Shown here: positions 37,888 to 48,739 of the stretch, in pieces
Layout of the letters: each line of letters starts with the position of its first letter
How positions within the stretch are numbered: position 1 is the first letter of the stretch
DNA from: an uncultured Bacteroidales bacterium
GTDB taxonomy: Bacteria; Bacteroidota; Bacteroidia; Bacteroidales; GCA-2711565
DNA length: 64,000 nucleotides
Direction of reading: 5' to 3'
Assembly: GCA_942491855.1 (NCBI GenBank)
Contig: CALOCL010000025.1
Location: 66,910-130,909, forward strand
Program-made: the position numbers and the translations under genes
The notes under the pieces: model-generated
Told to the model about the DNA's origin: nothing
What the model saw: the letters and a program-made list of their open reading frames with translations, nothing else
Database searches by the model: none

Positions 37888-38715
37888 TCAAATTTTTGGT
37901 CGGATGTTTAGAACCGGAATATGCGAATTATTAATGATTTGCCTTGCGTTAGGACCTAAAAACACACTTGAATTAGTAATTCCCTGTTCGGTCATGATCG
38001 AAATTAAATCTGCTTTCTGCGTATCCGCATAATTAATGATCGATCTTGTGATATCATCTGACTTTATCGTTTCGACTACAAATTTAACTTTATTTTCTTC
38101 AAGATATTGTACAACTTTTTCGGTTTCTTTATCAACTTTCCTTCTTAATGCCTCTATAGCCTGTGGATAAATCGATAGAACCAAAAGCTGTGCTTCAAAA
38201 ACTTTAGCCAGCGTGGCCGAAAACTCCAATTTCGCAATAGAATCCTTAGTGCTATCTAATGGGAAGACCATTTTATTGATTGATTTATCGAAATTAAAAT
38301 CATGACGGATAGCGACTACGGGACATGGAGCACTGGTAACAACACGATAGGTATTACTTCCAATCCAATACTGTTCAAATCCGCTTACGCCATGGGTTCC
38401 TGTCACTATCATAAATGCCTTACTTTGTTTTGCCTGGGCTGAAATTTCAATGAAAACTTTGCCTTTTCTTAGCTTGTAATCAAGTTTTCCTTTTTTCAGT
38501 TTAGAAGCATATTTTAGTAAAATTTCCTTGAAGAAAGCTTTCTTTTCCTGCCTGTCTTCCTGTTCTTCTGCTGTAAAAGCCATATTTGGCGAAGATTGAT
38601 TATCAACCCAAACCATTTTAACATTTGCATCCATTTGGTTGGCAATCATAATCGCATACTCAAGTGCGTGGAGTGAACACTTTGAAAAATCGATGGCAAC
38701 AATAATTTCTTTCAT
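37888..38715 (-). CDS. Tandem universal stress protein (UspA family)
   Basis: 275 aa, two Usp halves. IVAIDFS.CS..AL..A and VTGTHGVSG motifs. Confidence 0.8.
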   Translation of the reverse strand: MKEIIVAIDFSKCSLHALEYAIMIANQMDANVKMVWVDNQSSPNMAFTAEEQEDRQEKKAFFKEILLKYASKLKKGKLDYKLRKGKVFIEISAQAKQSKAFMIVTGTHGVSGFEQYWIGSNTYRVVTSAPCPVVAIRHDFNFDKSINKMVFPLDSTKDSIAKLEFSATLAKVFEAQLLVLSIYPQAIEALRRKVDKETEKVVQYLEENKVKFVVETIKSDDITRSIINYADTQKADLISIMTEQGITNSSVFLGPNARQIINNSHIPVLNIRPKI

Positions 38716-38855
38716 AGTACAAAAAATTAGTTGGAGATGAAGCTAATTTAGCTAATTATTGGATCTAAATCAATGATTTAACTTGTAAATGCCAATGTTG
38801 TAAAATCTGTTCTCTTAAATTGTTACATTTGTTATTCTATTTATTATTGATAAAA

Positions 38856-39881
38856 ATGAACGAAAATTTAGATCCGGATAAAGATCATTTAAGTAAAACA
38901 GAGCTGGAAATTGAAAAGGTTCTCAGACCCGCTGATTTTGGTGATTTTTTAGGCCAATACAAAGTAGTTGAGAATCTTAAGATTTTTGTTGAAGCGGCAA
39001 AGCAAAGGGGTGAAGCGCTCGACCATGTGCTTCTGCATGGCCCTCCCGGTCTTGGAAAAACAACCTTGTCGTATATCATCTCTAACGAATTAAATGTTGG
39101 GATTAAAGTTTCCTCGGGACCTGTTTTGGATAAACCCGGTGATTTGGCCGGACTCCTTTCCAATTTAGAGGAGAATGATGTTTTATTCATTGATGAAATT
39201 CATCGGCTGAGCCCGGTGGTTGAAGAATATTTGTACTCGGCCATGGAAGATTTTAGAATCGACATCATGATTGAATCGGGTCCGAATGCCAGAAGCGTAC
39301 AAATTACCCTGAATCCATTTACTTTAATTGGGGCAACAACACGTTCAGGTTTATTAACGGCTCCGCTTCGTTCAAGGTTTGGGATTAACTCACGCCTGTC
39401 CTATTACGATGCAGATATTTTAAAAAACATCATCAACCGTTCAGCGGCCATTTTAAAGGTTGCAATAAGCAATGATGCGGCAAACGAGATTGCCCGTCGC
39501 AGTCGCGGAACCCCTCGTATCGCCAATTTACTTTTACGCAGAGTCCGCGATTTTGCACAAATTAAGGGGAGTGGGAATATCGATCTTGAGATTTCACAAT
39601 ATGCCCTGGCTGCCTTAAATGTGGATAAGCATGGTTTGGACGAAATGGACAATCGCATTTTATCAACCATCATCGAGAAGTTTAAAGGTGGCCCCGTCGG
39701 AATTTCAACCATCTCAACGGCGGTGGGAGAAGAAGCCGGAACCATCGAAGAAGTTTACGAACCATTTCTCATTCAGGAAGGATACATGATGCGTACGCCT
39801 CGCGGAAGAGAAGTAACCCCTTTGGCTTATCAACATCTGGGAAAAACCAAGGAAAATGATCAGTCCTCGCTTTTTCAATAA
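38856..39881 (+). CDS. ruvB: Holliday junction DNA helicase RuvB
   Basis: LRP..F..F.GQ, Walker [10 protein letters not shown], Walker [10 protein letters not shown], sensor TRSGLLT.PLRSRFG. ATG 38856 is preferred over the TTG 38820 extension. Confidence 0.95.
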   Translation: MNENLDPDKDHLSKTELEIEKVLRPADFGDFLGQYKVVENLKIFVEAAKQRGEALDHVLLHGPPGLGKTTLSYIISNELNVGIKVSSGPVLDKPGDLAGLLSNLEENDVLFIDEIHRLSPVVEEYLYSAMEDFRIDIMIESGPNARSVQITLNPFTLIGATTRSGLLTAPLRSRFGINSRLSYYDADILKNIINRSAAILKVAISNDAANEIARRSRGTPRIANLLLRRVRDFAQIKGSGNIDLEISQYALAALNVDKHGLDEMDNRILSTIIEKFKGGPVGISTISTAVGEEAGTIEEVYEPFLIQEGYMMRTPRGREVTPLAYQHLGKTKENDQSSLFQ

Positions 39882-39891
39882 ATGAGATTTA

Positions 39892-40818
39892 ATGCCTGAT
39901 AAAATTACAATTTCGAAAAAAATAAAGGCCTTTGCCCTCGAACTTGGCTTTCATTCCTGTGGCATTTCAAAAGCAGATTTTTTGGCAGAAGATGCAGAAC
40001 ACCTGAAAAAATGGCTGGATCAGCATCATGAAGGCGAGATGGTTTACATGCGGAATCATTTTGAAAAAAGAACTGATCCGCGCTTACTCGTTGAAAATTC
40101 AAAATCGGTAATTTCAGTGCTGTTAAATTATTATCCTGAACAAACCCTTCAGCGTGATGATAGCTATAAAATTTCAAAATATGCCTATGGCACCGATTAT
40201 CACTTTGTGCTGAAAGATAAATTGGCTGAATTGTTAAAATTCATCGAGGAGTTAACAGGAAAAAGAAAAGCTAGGATGTTTGTGGATTCGGCTCCGGTGC
40301 TCGACAGAAGATGGGCACAAAAAAGTGGTTTGGGATGGATTGGTAAAAATACCTGCCTCATCACCAAGGAGCAAGGATCATTCTTTTTTATTGGTGAAAT
40401 CATTCTGGATTTGGAATTAACAGCCGATAATCCCATAGAGGATTTCTGCGGTTCCTGCACCAAATGCCTTAATGCTTGCCCTACAAATGCACTGATTGCG
40501 CCCAACCGTTTAGACTCACGCAAATGCATTTCTTACCTCACCATCGAAAATAAAAATGAGATTCCGGTACAATTTAAAGGCAAATTTAACGACTGGATTT
40601 TTGGTTGTGACATTTGTCAGGATGTATGCCCCTGGAACAATAAAGCCATCCCAACGCTCGTTCCTGATTTTAAGCCTTCTGATAATTTAACCCAAATGAA
40701 GAAAGAAGATTGGGAAAAATTAGATCAGGAAAAATTTAATAAACTTTTTGAAAACTCTGCCGTTTTAAGAACTAAATTTGCGGGCTTGAAACGAAACATC
40801 AAATTCGTTTCGGAATAA
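39892..40818 (+). CDS. queG: Epoxyqueuosine reductase
   Basis: 308 aa. GLGWIGKN, and two 4Fe-4S motifs CGSCTKCLNACPTNA and CDICQDVCPWN. Confidence 0.9.
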   Translation: MPDKITISKKIKAFALELGFHSCGISKADFLAEDAEHLKKWLDQHHEGEMVYMRNHFEKRTDPRLLVENSKSVISVLLNYYPEQTLQRDDSYKISKYAYGTDYHFVLKDKLAELLKFIEELTGKRKARMFVDSAPVLDRRWAQKSGLGWIGKNTCLITKEQGSFFFIGEIILDLELTADNPIEDFCGSCTKCLNACPTNALIAPNRLDSRKCISYLTIENKNEIPVQFKGKFNDWIFGCDICQDVCPWNNKAIPTLVPDFKPSDNLTQMKKEDWEKLDQEKFNKLFENSAVLRTKFAGLKRNIKFVSE

Positions 40819-40850
40819 AATTTACAAGACTAAATTCAACCAGAAAAGCT

Positions 40851-41411
40851 ATGGCATCTACTGAAACGATACAAATACCACTTGGATTTACTGCGCCTAA
40901 TTTTAAACTTTACGATCCGGTAAGTGGGAAACGTAGAACCCTGAATGAACTTAAATCGGATAAAGGAACAGTCATCGCATTTATTTGCAACCATTGCCCA
41001 TTCGTAAAACATATCATCCACGAATTTATAGCTGTCGCCAATGAATTTATTCCACAGGGAATTTCTTTTATTGCGATCAATTCAAACGATGTTGCCAACT
41101 ATCCTGAAGACAGTCCGATTAAAATGAAGGAGTGGGCCACAAAATTAAAGTTCCCTTTCAGTTATCTCTACGATGAGTCGCAAAGTGTCGCTAAAAAGTA
41201 CAGCACTGCCTGCACACCCGACTTTAATGTTTTTAATAGCAATTTAAAATGCGTTTATCGAGGAAGGTTTGATGATTCAACACCAGGAAATGGGATTAAA
41301 GTTACGGGTAAAGATTTGCGCTCGGCACTTACAGCCCTGGTTGCCGAAAACAAAATTGACGACCAACAAATGCCAAGCATTGGCTGTAGCATTAAATGGA
41401 AATCGGAATAA
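40851..41411 (+). CDS. Thioredoxin-fold (AhpC/TSA-like) protein
   Basis: 186 aa. FICNHCPFV CxxC-type active site within a thioredoxin-like fold pattern. Confidence 0.7.
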   Translation: MASTETIQIPLGFTAPNFKLYDPVSGKRRTLNELKSDKGTVIAFICNHCPFVKHIIHEFIAVANEFIPQGISFIAINSNDVANYPEDSPIKMKEWATKLKFPFSYLYDESQSVAKKYSTACTPDFNVFNSNLKCVYRGRFDDSTPGNGIKVTGKDLRSALTALVAENKIDDQQMPSIGCSIKWKSE

Positions 41412-42419
41412 TTATTTTTTTCGATTAACAGTAAATTCTACAAGCTGAATTAGTGAAGTTTTAAATTCACTATCCGGATATTCTGATAAAAATTTGATGG
41501 CTGATTTTTTGTATGCTTCCATTTTTTGAGTGGCATACTCAATTCCTCCCGATTTTTTAACCTTCTCAATAATCTCAGCCACAACCTTTGCATCCAGGCT
41601 TTTGTTTTTAATTTGATAGATTATTTTTCTTCGTTCCAACACCCCTGCTTGCTGCAAAAAATAAATTAAAGGTAGGGTCATTTTCTTTTCTTTGATATCA
41701 ATTCCGGCAGGTTTTTCTTTGTTTGTGTTTTGCTGGTAATCGAAAATATCATCTTTAATTTGAAAGGCAATCCCAACATCTTCTCCAAATTTTCGGAATG
41801 CTTCAATCTTATCTTCAGAAGCACCAACGGAAGCAACACCAGTGGCACAACAGGATGCAATTAAACTGGCCGTTTTTTTACGAATGATCTCAAAATAAAC
41901 TTCTTCTTTAATGTCGAGATTTCGTGCTTTTTCAATTTGTAATAGCTCACCTTCACTCATTTCTTGCACGGCATTTGAAACAATCTCTAACAAATCATGA
42001 TCCTTATTCTTTATGGATTGAAGCAAACCTCGCGACAGCAAAAAGTCACCTACCAAAACTGCAATTTTATTCCCCCATAAAGCATTCAACGAAAACATTC
42101 CCCTCCGCTTATACGATTCATCAACCACATCATCATGAATCAAAGTAGCAGTGTGAAGCAACTCAATTAAGGATGCAGCCCGACTGGTTTTAGGTGAAAT
42201 ATCACCACACAATCCTGCCGATAAAAAAACAAAAAGTGGTCTGATCTGCTTTCCTTTCCGCTTCACCATGTACTTGGTAATGGTATTTAAAAGCGGAATT
42301 TTGCTTTTCATCGACTGATTAAACTCCTTAGTGAATTCTTTCAGGTAAGGTTTTACGGGTGCCGTTATTTGATTGATGTTGTCCATTCGCATTTCAAAAT
42401 TAACATATTTACTACACAT
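41412..42419 (-). CDS. Polyprenyl diphosphate synthase (IspB-like)
   Basis: First Asp-rich motif LIHDDVVDES and second IAFQIKDDIFDY. The true start may be the internal Met (MRMDNIN...). Confidence 0.88.
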   Translation of the reverse strand: MCSKYVNFEMRMDNINQITAPVKPYLKEFTKEFNQSMKSKIPLLNTITKYMVKRKGKQIRPLFVFLSAGLCGDISPKTSRAASLIELLHTATLIHDDVVDESYKRRGMFSLNALWGNKIAVLVGDFLLSRGLLQSIKNKDHDLLEIVSNAVQEMSEGELLQIEKARNLDIKEEVYFEIIRKKTASLIASCCATGVASVGASEDKIEAFRKFGEDVGIAFQIKDDIFDYQQNTNKEKPAGIDIKEKKMTLPLIYFLQQAGVLERRKIIYQIKNKSLDAKVVAEIIEKVKKSGGIEYATQKMEAYKKSAIKFLSEYPDSEFKTSLIQLVEFTVNRKK

Positions 42420-42508
42420 AAATTGTCTCTTTTATGTTCTGACGATAAAATGTGGTTTGAGCTTTGCAGCAAATCCAGGATATTATCTAATTTTGCAAAA
42501 AAGATTTT

Positions 42509-43285
42509 ATGTCGGGATTTTTATTTAATGAAGTGATTTTTGGTCCTGTTAAAAGCAGACGACTTGGCGTATCCTTAGGAATTAATCTTTTGCCAACAGA
42601 CTATAAATACTGTACCTACAATTGTGTTTATTGTGAATGCGGATGGACCCAGAAACATAAATCCAACCATCAACCTCTGCCTGAAAGAGTAGAAATTAAA
42701 AAGCTTTTACAACAAAAGCTTGAGCAAATGACCAGTGAAGGGAAGGTACCTGATAATATCACTTTTGCCGGAAACGGAGAACCAACCATCCATCCGGAAT
42801 TTGCTGAAATTGTGGATGATACTATTGCATTAAGGGATAAGTTTTTCCCTCAGGCCACAACCACTGTTTTATCAAATGCCAGTTTAATTCAAAAACCGAA
42901 AATTTTTAATGCCTTACTCAAAGTTGATAACAATATTTTAAAATTGGATGCAGGTTCGGAAACTCAATTTCAAAGGATTAATTTGCCAAATTCAAAAATT
43001 AGCCTAAGTCAGCTTGTTGCGCATCTTTGTCTTTTTAAGGGAGATTTAATTATTCAAACTTTATTTTTATCTGGAAAATATCAGGGAGAAATTATTGACA
43101 ATACCACCGAAGAAGAAGTAAATTTATGGCTTGGACACCTTAAAAAAATTAAACCCAAAAAAGTAATGATTTATCCTATCGACCGTGAAACACCAGCTCA
43201 GGATTTGAATAAAATTGCTAAGGGAAAACTAGAGGAAATTGCTTTAAGGGTGAATGAATTGGGAATAGCTACAGAAGTTTACTGA
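42509..43285 (+). CDS. Radical SAM protein
   Basis: 258 aa. CTYNCVYCECGW (CxxxCxxC) cluster motif near the N-terminus and GNGEPT. Confidence 0.75.
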   Translation: MSGFLFNEVIFGPVKSRRLGVSLGINLLPTDYKYCTYNCVYCECGWTQKHKSNHQPLPERVEIKKLLQQKLEQMTSEGKVPDNITFAGNGEPTIHPEFAEIVDDTIALRDKFFPQATTTVLSNASLIQKPKIFNALLKVDNNILKLDAGSETQFQRINLPNSKISLSQLVAHLCLFKGDLIIQTLFLSGKYQGEIIDNTTEEEVNLWLGHLKKIKPKKVMIYPIDRETPAQDLNKIAKGKLEEIALRVNELGIATEVY

Positions 43286-43287
43286 TC

Positions 43288-43686
43288 ATGCAAAATTATC
43301 CAGCCAAAATATTAATTGCATTTATCGAAACCATTGGAGGTAATGAAAAAATTACGAATTGGCTGCTTGAAAACGGATACCCCGAACTGGCTGCACTTTC
43401 GAAGGCCATACGAGGAAGTGATGAAGCAGCAAGCTGGTTAATAAAGAACAGATTTGCTCGTTTTGCCGCATTAGACGCCGCCATTGTAAATGAGCAAAAA
43501 GCCTACCAATGGCTTGAACAAAACAAATTCGATTTATTGATTATTCTGGCAGATGCCTGTCGGGGAAAAGAAGAAGCCATCGCCTGGTTTAATAAAAACG
43601 ACCTCCAGATTTTTAATCTAATGGCCTCCAAAATAAAGGCGTTTTGCGATGCTCAGGAATTCAATTACCACAAGCTCCACTTTTAA
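43288..43686 (+). CDS. Hypothetical repeat protein
   Basis: 132 aa with three to four roughly 30-aa internal repeats (A..WL..N.F..LA.L..AI.G...A..W). It starts 2 nt after the radical SAM gene. Confidence 0.5.
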   Translation: MQNYPAKILIAFIETIGGNEKITNWLLENGYPELAALSKAIRGSDEAASWLIKNRFARFAALDAAIVNEQKAYQWLEQNKFDLLIILADACRGKEEAIAWFNKNDLQIFNLMASKIKAFCDAQEFNYHKLHF

Positions 43687-43707
43687 TTCCACTTCCCATA
43701 CCAAAAT

Positions 43708-43740
43708 AAAAAAACCCGGACTAAAAAAGCCCGGGCAAAA
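43708..43740 (-). terminator. Terminator after nrdJ (possibly bidirectional)
   Basis: CCCGG...CCGGG hairpin. On the minus strand it is followed by T7. Confidence 0.55.
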
Positions 43741-43766
43741 TGTAAACGTAATTTGTTATTGCTATG

Positions 43767-46475
43767 TTAACCGCATTTTGAATAACCGCATGAGTTACAT
43801 GTTAAACATCCATCCTGATAAACGAGGCCGTCGTTATCGCCGCATTCCGGACAACTTGCTTTTTTCAGCGCAGTACCATCAGGGATGTATTTTTTAAGTG
43901 CTCTGATTACACCATTTTTCCAGGTATTGATTGACTCGTCGTCGAGTGTTAAGTTACCGATAAGCTGGGTTACAAATGGTATTGGCATTCCGTGACGTAA
44001 AATTCCGGAAATCAATTTTGCATAGTTCCAATATTCTTTATCGAAGGATCGGGATAGGGCTTCAATGGTCACTTTGTAACCTTCCTTATCCTCAAATTGG
44101 AAATCGTATCTGGTGGTCTGGTTTTCGAGTTTATTTTTAATAACATAACCTTTTGTTACGAAAGGTGGAATAAAAAATCCATCTGCTTTTCCTGTAAAGA
44201 TTTCGTAAGGTTTTTGATTCAAAACACCGATAACCGCAATCCATTTGTCATAATCATTTTGGAATCTTACAATCTCTGCTTCAAGCACTCTTGGCCTGGT
44301 TGGCGCTTTAGTTTCCTTAAATTCATTCTCATCTTCCTTACCATCATCATTGGTAACCAGTACGCCTGATCTTGAACCATCGCGGTAAATCGTCATTCCT
44401 TTACATCCGCTTTCCCAAGCCGTTTGGTAAATTTTACTCACCAAATCTTCAGTTGCATCTTTCGGAACATTAACGGTTACACTAATTGAATGATCAACCC
44501 ATTTTTGAATGGCACCCTGCATAGAAACCTTACTTAACCAATCGATATCATTAGAAGTAGCTTTGTAGTAAGGAGATTTTTTAATTATTTCTTCAAGCTT
44601 TTCTTCAGGATATGCCTGAACTTCCTTTTCATCGTAGCCGTTAACAGTTAACCAGGTAATGAATTTGGGATGGAATACATTGTACTCTTCCCATGCATCT
44701 CCAACCTCATCGGTAAAACTAACCGTTACATTTCTGTCGTTTGGATTTACTTTTCTTCTTCTTTTGTAAGAAACCATAAAAACAGGCTCGATACCGGAAG
44801 AAGTTTGAGAACAAATACTCACACTACCTGTGGGAGCAATGGTTAGCATGGCGATGTTTCTTCGGCCATATCTTTCCATGTTTTCATAAACCGCAGGGGC
44901 AGATTCTTTGATTCGATTGATGAACGGATTTTTTCGTTCTTTTTCAATATCGAAAATTGGGAACGGGCCGCGATCTCTTGCCAATTCAACGGAAGAGCGA
45001 TAAACCTCAATGGCTAAAAGTTTGTGAACTTCGGTAGAGAAATTGGTTGCATTTTCTGTTCCGTAACGAGAACCCAAAGCTGCAAGCATATCACCTTCGG
45101 CAGTTATGCCAATGCCGGTTCTTCTTCCTTCTAGTGTCTTTTGACGAATATTAGTCCACAAATTCCATTCAATTCTTTTGGTTTCAAAAATTTCAGGATC
45201 GGCATCAATTTTCCCAAGTATTCCATCTATTTTTTCAACTTCCAAATCAATGATGTCGTCCATGATACGCTGAGCATAATGGGCATGTTTACTGAATAAG
45301 GTTCCATCGAAACTGGCTTCTTTGGTAAACGGATTATCCACATAACTGTACAAATTCAAAGCCAGTAGCCGACAGCTGTCGTATGGGCAAAGTGGGATCT
45401 CACCACATGGGTTCGTAGAAAGGGTTTTAAATCCTTTATCGGCGTATGAATCAGGAACTGATTCACGAATTACGGTATCCCAGAAGAGCACACCTGGTTC
45501 GGCCGATTGCCATGCATTGTGTATAATTTTATTCCAAAGTGCGGTGGCATCGATATCTTTTACAAAAGTTGGATTATCTGATTCGATGGGGTATTGTTGA
45601 CGATAAGTCGTATTGTTAATTACGGCTTTCATAAAATCGTCGTCCAATTTTACCGAAACATTGGCTCCGGTAACTTTGCCCATTTCCATTTTGGCATCCA
45701 CAAATTTTTCGGCATCAGGATGTTTAACAGAAATGCTCAACATTAGTGCTCCTCTTCGTCCATCTTGTGCTACTTCGCGGGTTGAATTTGAATAACGTTC
45801 CATAAAAGGAACGATACCCGTTGAGGTTAAGGCGCTGTTTTTAACAGGGCTGCCATAAGGTCGAATATGCGAAAGATCATGACCAACTCCACCTCTTCTT
45901 TTCATTAGTTGAACCTGCTCCTGATCTACTTTTAGAATTCCACCATAGGAATCTGAATTGGTATCAGATCCGATAACAAAGCAATTTGATAGCGATGAAA
46001 CCTGGAAATTGTTTCCAATTCCGGCCATCGGACTGCCCTGAGGAATGATGTATTTAAAATCCTTCAGTAATTCATAAACTTCATTTTCGCTTAATGGGTT
46101 GGGGTATTTCTGTTCTATCCGGGCAATTTCTGTTGCTAAACGTCGATGCATATCATCAGGAGTTAATTCAAAAATTTCTCCTGCCGAATTTTTCAACGCA
46201 TATTTATTCATCCACACATTGGCGGCGAGTACATCTCCTTTAAAATATTCCGTTGCTTTTTCGAGAACCTCCTCGTGCGTATATTTAGTTTGAGTTTCTT
46301 TTCTTTCTATAACTGCTGCTTCCAATTCCTCTTTCCTTCTATTTTCGGTTGTTGTATTTAGTTCCTCCTCCGGCAGTTCGGGTCTGACCCGTTTTTCTAA
46401 AACTCCGTCGTAATAATTCGTAGTATTTTTCTTCTCCAATTCTTTGTCAGTACTGGCAAAAAGATTGTTATCCAT
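43767..46475 (-). CDS. nrdJ: Adenosylcobalamin-dependent (class II) ribonucleotide reductase
   Basis: 902 aa. SNPCGEIPL active-site loop, SNCFV, and a C-terminal Cys-rich tail CPECG...CLTCNSCGYSKCG. Confidence 0.9.
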   Translation of the reverse strand: MDNNLFASTDKELEKKNTTNYYDGVLEKRVRPELPEEELNTTTENRRKEELEAAVIERKETQTKYTHEEVLEKATEYFKGDVLAANVWMNKYALKNSAGEIFELTPDDMHRRLATEIARIEQKYPNPLSENEVYELLKDFKYIIPQGSPMAGIGNNFQVSSLSNCFVIGSDTNSDSYGGILKVDQEQVQLMKRRGGVGHDLSHIRPYGSPVKNSALTSTGIVPFMERYSNSTREVAQDGRRGALMLSISVKHPDAEKFVDAKMEMGKVTGANVSVKLDDDFMKAVINNTTYRQQYPIESDNPTFVKDIDATALWNKIIHNAWQSAEPGVLFWDTVIRESVPDSYADKGFKTLSTNPCGEIPLCPYDSCRLLALNLYSYVDNPFTKEASFDGTLFSKHAHYAQRIMDDIIDLEVEKIDGILGKIDADPEIFETKRIEWNLWTNIRQKTLEGRRTGIGITAEGDMLAALGSRYGTENATNFSTEVHKLLAIEVYRSSVELARDRGPFPIFDIEKERKNPFINRIKESAPAVYENMERYGRRNIAMLTIAPTGSVSICSQTSSGIEPVFMVSYKRRRKVNPNDRNVTVSFTDEVGDAWEEYNVFHPKFITWLTVNGYDEKEVQAYPEEKLEEIIKKSPYYKATSNDIDWLSKVSMQGAIQKWVDHSISVTVNVPKDATEDLVSKIYQTAWESGCKGMTIYRDGSRSGVLVTNDDGKEDENEFKETKAPTRPRVLEAEIVRFQNDYDKWIAVIGVLNQKPYEIFTGKADGFFIPPFVTKGYVIKNKLENQTTRYDFQFEDKEGYKVTIEALSRSFDKEYWNYAKLISGILRHGMPIPFVTQLIGNLTLDDESINTWKNGVIRALKKYIPDGTALKKASCPECGDNDGLVYQDGCLTCNSCGYSKCG

Positions 46476-46934
46476 GCTTAAAATGTTAACTTAAAAAATA
46501 TAAATTTGACTTGATAAGTAACTGATATCCCGAAGGATAAAAAATCAAATATTAGGTATTTATGTTACAGCAAGATACAACAGAAAATTCGGAGTGAAGA
46601 AAAATGTTATTAACATCGCATAGTTGAAAAATCGTAAGGTGTTGACTTCAAAAAAACTAAAGATTGAAAAAAAAAAATTAGTAAAAAAGATTTGTAAAAA
46701 ATGAAAATTGGTCAACTTTTTGCTAAACAAATTTCGATAAAATTTACATCAAAAATAAATCATTTTTCAAACCTTCTAACAGGGCTGTAAATTCAAGTGA
46801 TTAAAAACATCGGTCTAAAAACGATATGAAAAAATCATCCGGTTTCGGCTAATTTTAAATGCATTAATTTGATATTTTTTTCACAGTTTTTATTGTCACA
46901 TAATTTTATCTTTGCATAAAAAAATATATCGTTT

Positions 46935-47579
46935 ATGTTGCAAATTAAAATATTTGAGTTTAATGCTTTTCAGGTTAACACCATCGTTTTATTTGACGAA
47001 ACTAAGGAATGTGTAATTATTGATGCAGCTTGTTACCACCAATCAGAACAAAATAAACTTAAACAATTTATTGAAGATGAAGGTCTCAAACCTGTAAGGC
47101 TCCTGAATACTCATTGCCATATCGATCATATTCTGGGCTGTAATTTCATCAGCGATACCTATCAGTTGGATATGGAAATTCATGAAGCAGGTGAGCAGTT
47201 TTTAGCAGGAGCTGTTGAACACGGATTGGCATTTGGGTTTACACTTGATCCCATTCATGCACCCCTGAAATTTATTGGAGAAGAAAATGAAATTAAATTC
47301 GGGAAAACCGTGTTAAAGGTTTTATCCACGCCTGGACATGCAGATGGGAGTGTTTGTTTCGTGAACGAAGATAGTGATGTAGTGATTGCAGGAGATGTTT
47401 TATTTCGCGGCAGCATCGGGCGAACCGACCTACCCACTGGCAATTTTGATTTATTAAAAGAAAGCATCCACAATAAGCTTTTCACTTTACCAGACCATTA
47501 CAAGGTAATTCCCGGTCACGGTCCAGTAACCTCCATCGAATATGAAAAAAACCATAATCCTTTTATGGGGATGAATTAG
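46935..47579 (+). CDS. MBL-fold hydrolase (glyoxalase II-like)
   Basis: 214 aa. THCHIDH (HxHxDH), TPGH and GD.LF motifs. Confidence 0.8.
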   Translation: MLQIKIFEFNAFQVNTIVLFDETKECVIIDAACYHQSEQNKLKQFIEDEGLKPVRLLNTHCHIDHILGCNFISDTYQLDMEIHEAGEQFLAGAVEHGLAFGFTLDPIHAPLKFIGEENEIKFGKTVLKVLSTPGHADGSVCFVNEDSDVVIAGDVLFRGSIGRTDLPTGNFDLLKESIHNKLFTLPDHYKVIPGHGPVTSIEYEKNHNPFMGMN

Positions 47580-48571
47580 TCCTGATTGATAACTTGGGCC
47601 ATTTTATCAACATCCTGATTATTCATGCAATTAAAATGGGATTCAGGGCATTTTGAAAATCCTATTTTGGAGCAAGGACGGCAATTCAAGTTCTCCATTT
47701 CAAAATGATGTGATTTAACAGTAGACCTTTCGGGAAGATAAGGGTGCATTCCAAATGCCGGAACGGTATTTCCCCAAACCAATAATATTTCTTTGTTAAA
47801 AGCAGCAGCGATATGCATGAGGCCAGTATCGTTAGTCACAATTTTTTCAGCCAAATTAATGAGGGAAGCGGATTGGTTAAGTGAATAATTCCCGCAGGTG
47901 TTTAGCACGGGTCTATCAGCTTTACTTTTTATTTCCTCACCACGACCAAAATCATCCGACCCTCCAAGTAAAATGCATGGCTTCTTTATCTTTTTAATTA
48001 ATTCAATCACTTTCCTGGCGGGCAAGATTTTTGTAAAATGCATTCCTCCAATCACAATTCCGATAAATCCATCCCGATAAAACTCAGGTAAATCCTGCAA
48101 CGACAGTTGATCTTTTTCAGAAATGAAATAGTCGAGACCTTTACCATCATTTTTTATTGAAAACTTTTCAAGTGACTTGAAATAACGCTCAACAATATGC
48201 TGTTTGGGTAGTCGATCTGTTTTTAATTTAACCAATAACCATTTCCTGAAATTCAACTTTGAAAAACTGCTGGTGGGTTTCATTAGCTTAAGCCGAATCC
48301 CGTACGATCGAAAATTTTTATGCAAATCAACGATGTGATTAAAATTTTCGCTTTTCAAAAGAGGGATCACTTCATCAATTCTATCTTCGATGGTGTGCAG
48401 ATGATCGATGTAAGGATTAGCCAATAAAACAGTTTCAAATTTCTTTTTTGTTAAATAATGAATTTCGACCTCGGGCAGCTGTGTCTTCAAGCACCTAAGC
48501 AGTGGAGTAGTTAAAACGATATCTCCAATCGAACTAAATCGAATAAACAGAATTTTTTTTAATTCTCGCAT
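47576..48571 (-). CDS. Glycosyltransferase family 9 (heptosyltransferase-like)
   Basis: 331 aa. KILFIRFSSIGDIVLTTP N-terminus and TNDTGLMHIAAA motif. Confidence 0.8.
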   Translation of the reverse strand: MRELKKILFIRFSSIGDIVLTTPLLRCLKTQLPEVEIHYLTKKKFETVLLANPYIDHLHTIEDRIDEVIPLLKSENFNHIVDLHKNFRSYGIRLKLMKPTSSFSKLNFRKWLLVKLKTDRLPKQHIVERYFKSLEKFSIKNDGKGLDYFISEKDQLSLQDLPEFYRDGFIGIVIGGMHFTKILPARKVIELIKKIKKPCILLGGSDDFGRGEEIKSKADRPVLNTCGNYSLNQSASLINLAEKIVTNDTGLMHIAAAFNKEILLVWGNTVPAFGMHPYLPERSTVKSHHFEMENLNCRPCSKIGFSKCPESHFNCMNNQDVDKMAQVINQD

Positions 48572-48739
48572 TTCTGCAAATATAAAGAATCTGGTATTTC
48601 AACCCACATTCTTCATTTTTAATATCCTCACAATATGTTATTTTTGCCCCTTCAAAAACTTTGTATTTTAATATTGATTCAAAGAAAGAATAATTAAACT
48701 ACAAGTGTAAATTGCTCGACTAAAATAAATATTAGCAAA

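Noticed and set aside
43649-43897. 82-aa plus-strand ORF overlapping the 3' end of nrdJ
   Set aside because: It overlaps the conserved Cys-rich C-terminus of nrdJ and the terminator, and its translation is low-complexity.
46476-46700. Cobalamin riboswitch or NrdR boxes upstream of nrdJ
   Set aside because: No B12-box-like GCCACTG core and no 16-bp ACACnATATATnGTGT-type palindromes are visible on either strand. Absence cannot be fully excluded without a covariance-model scan.
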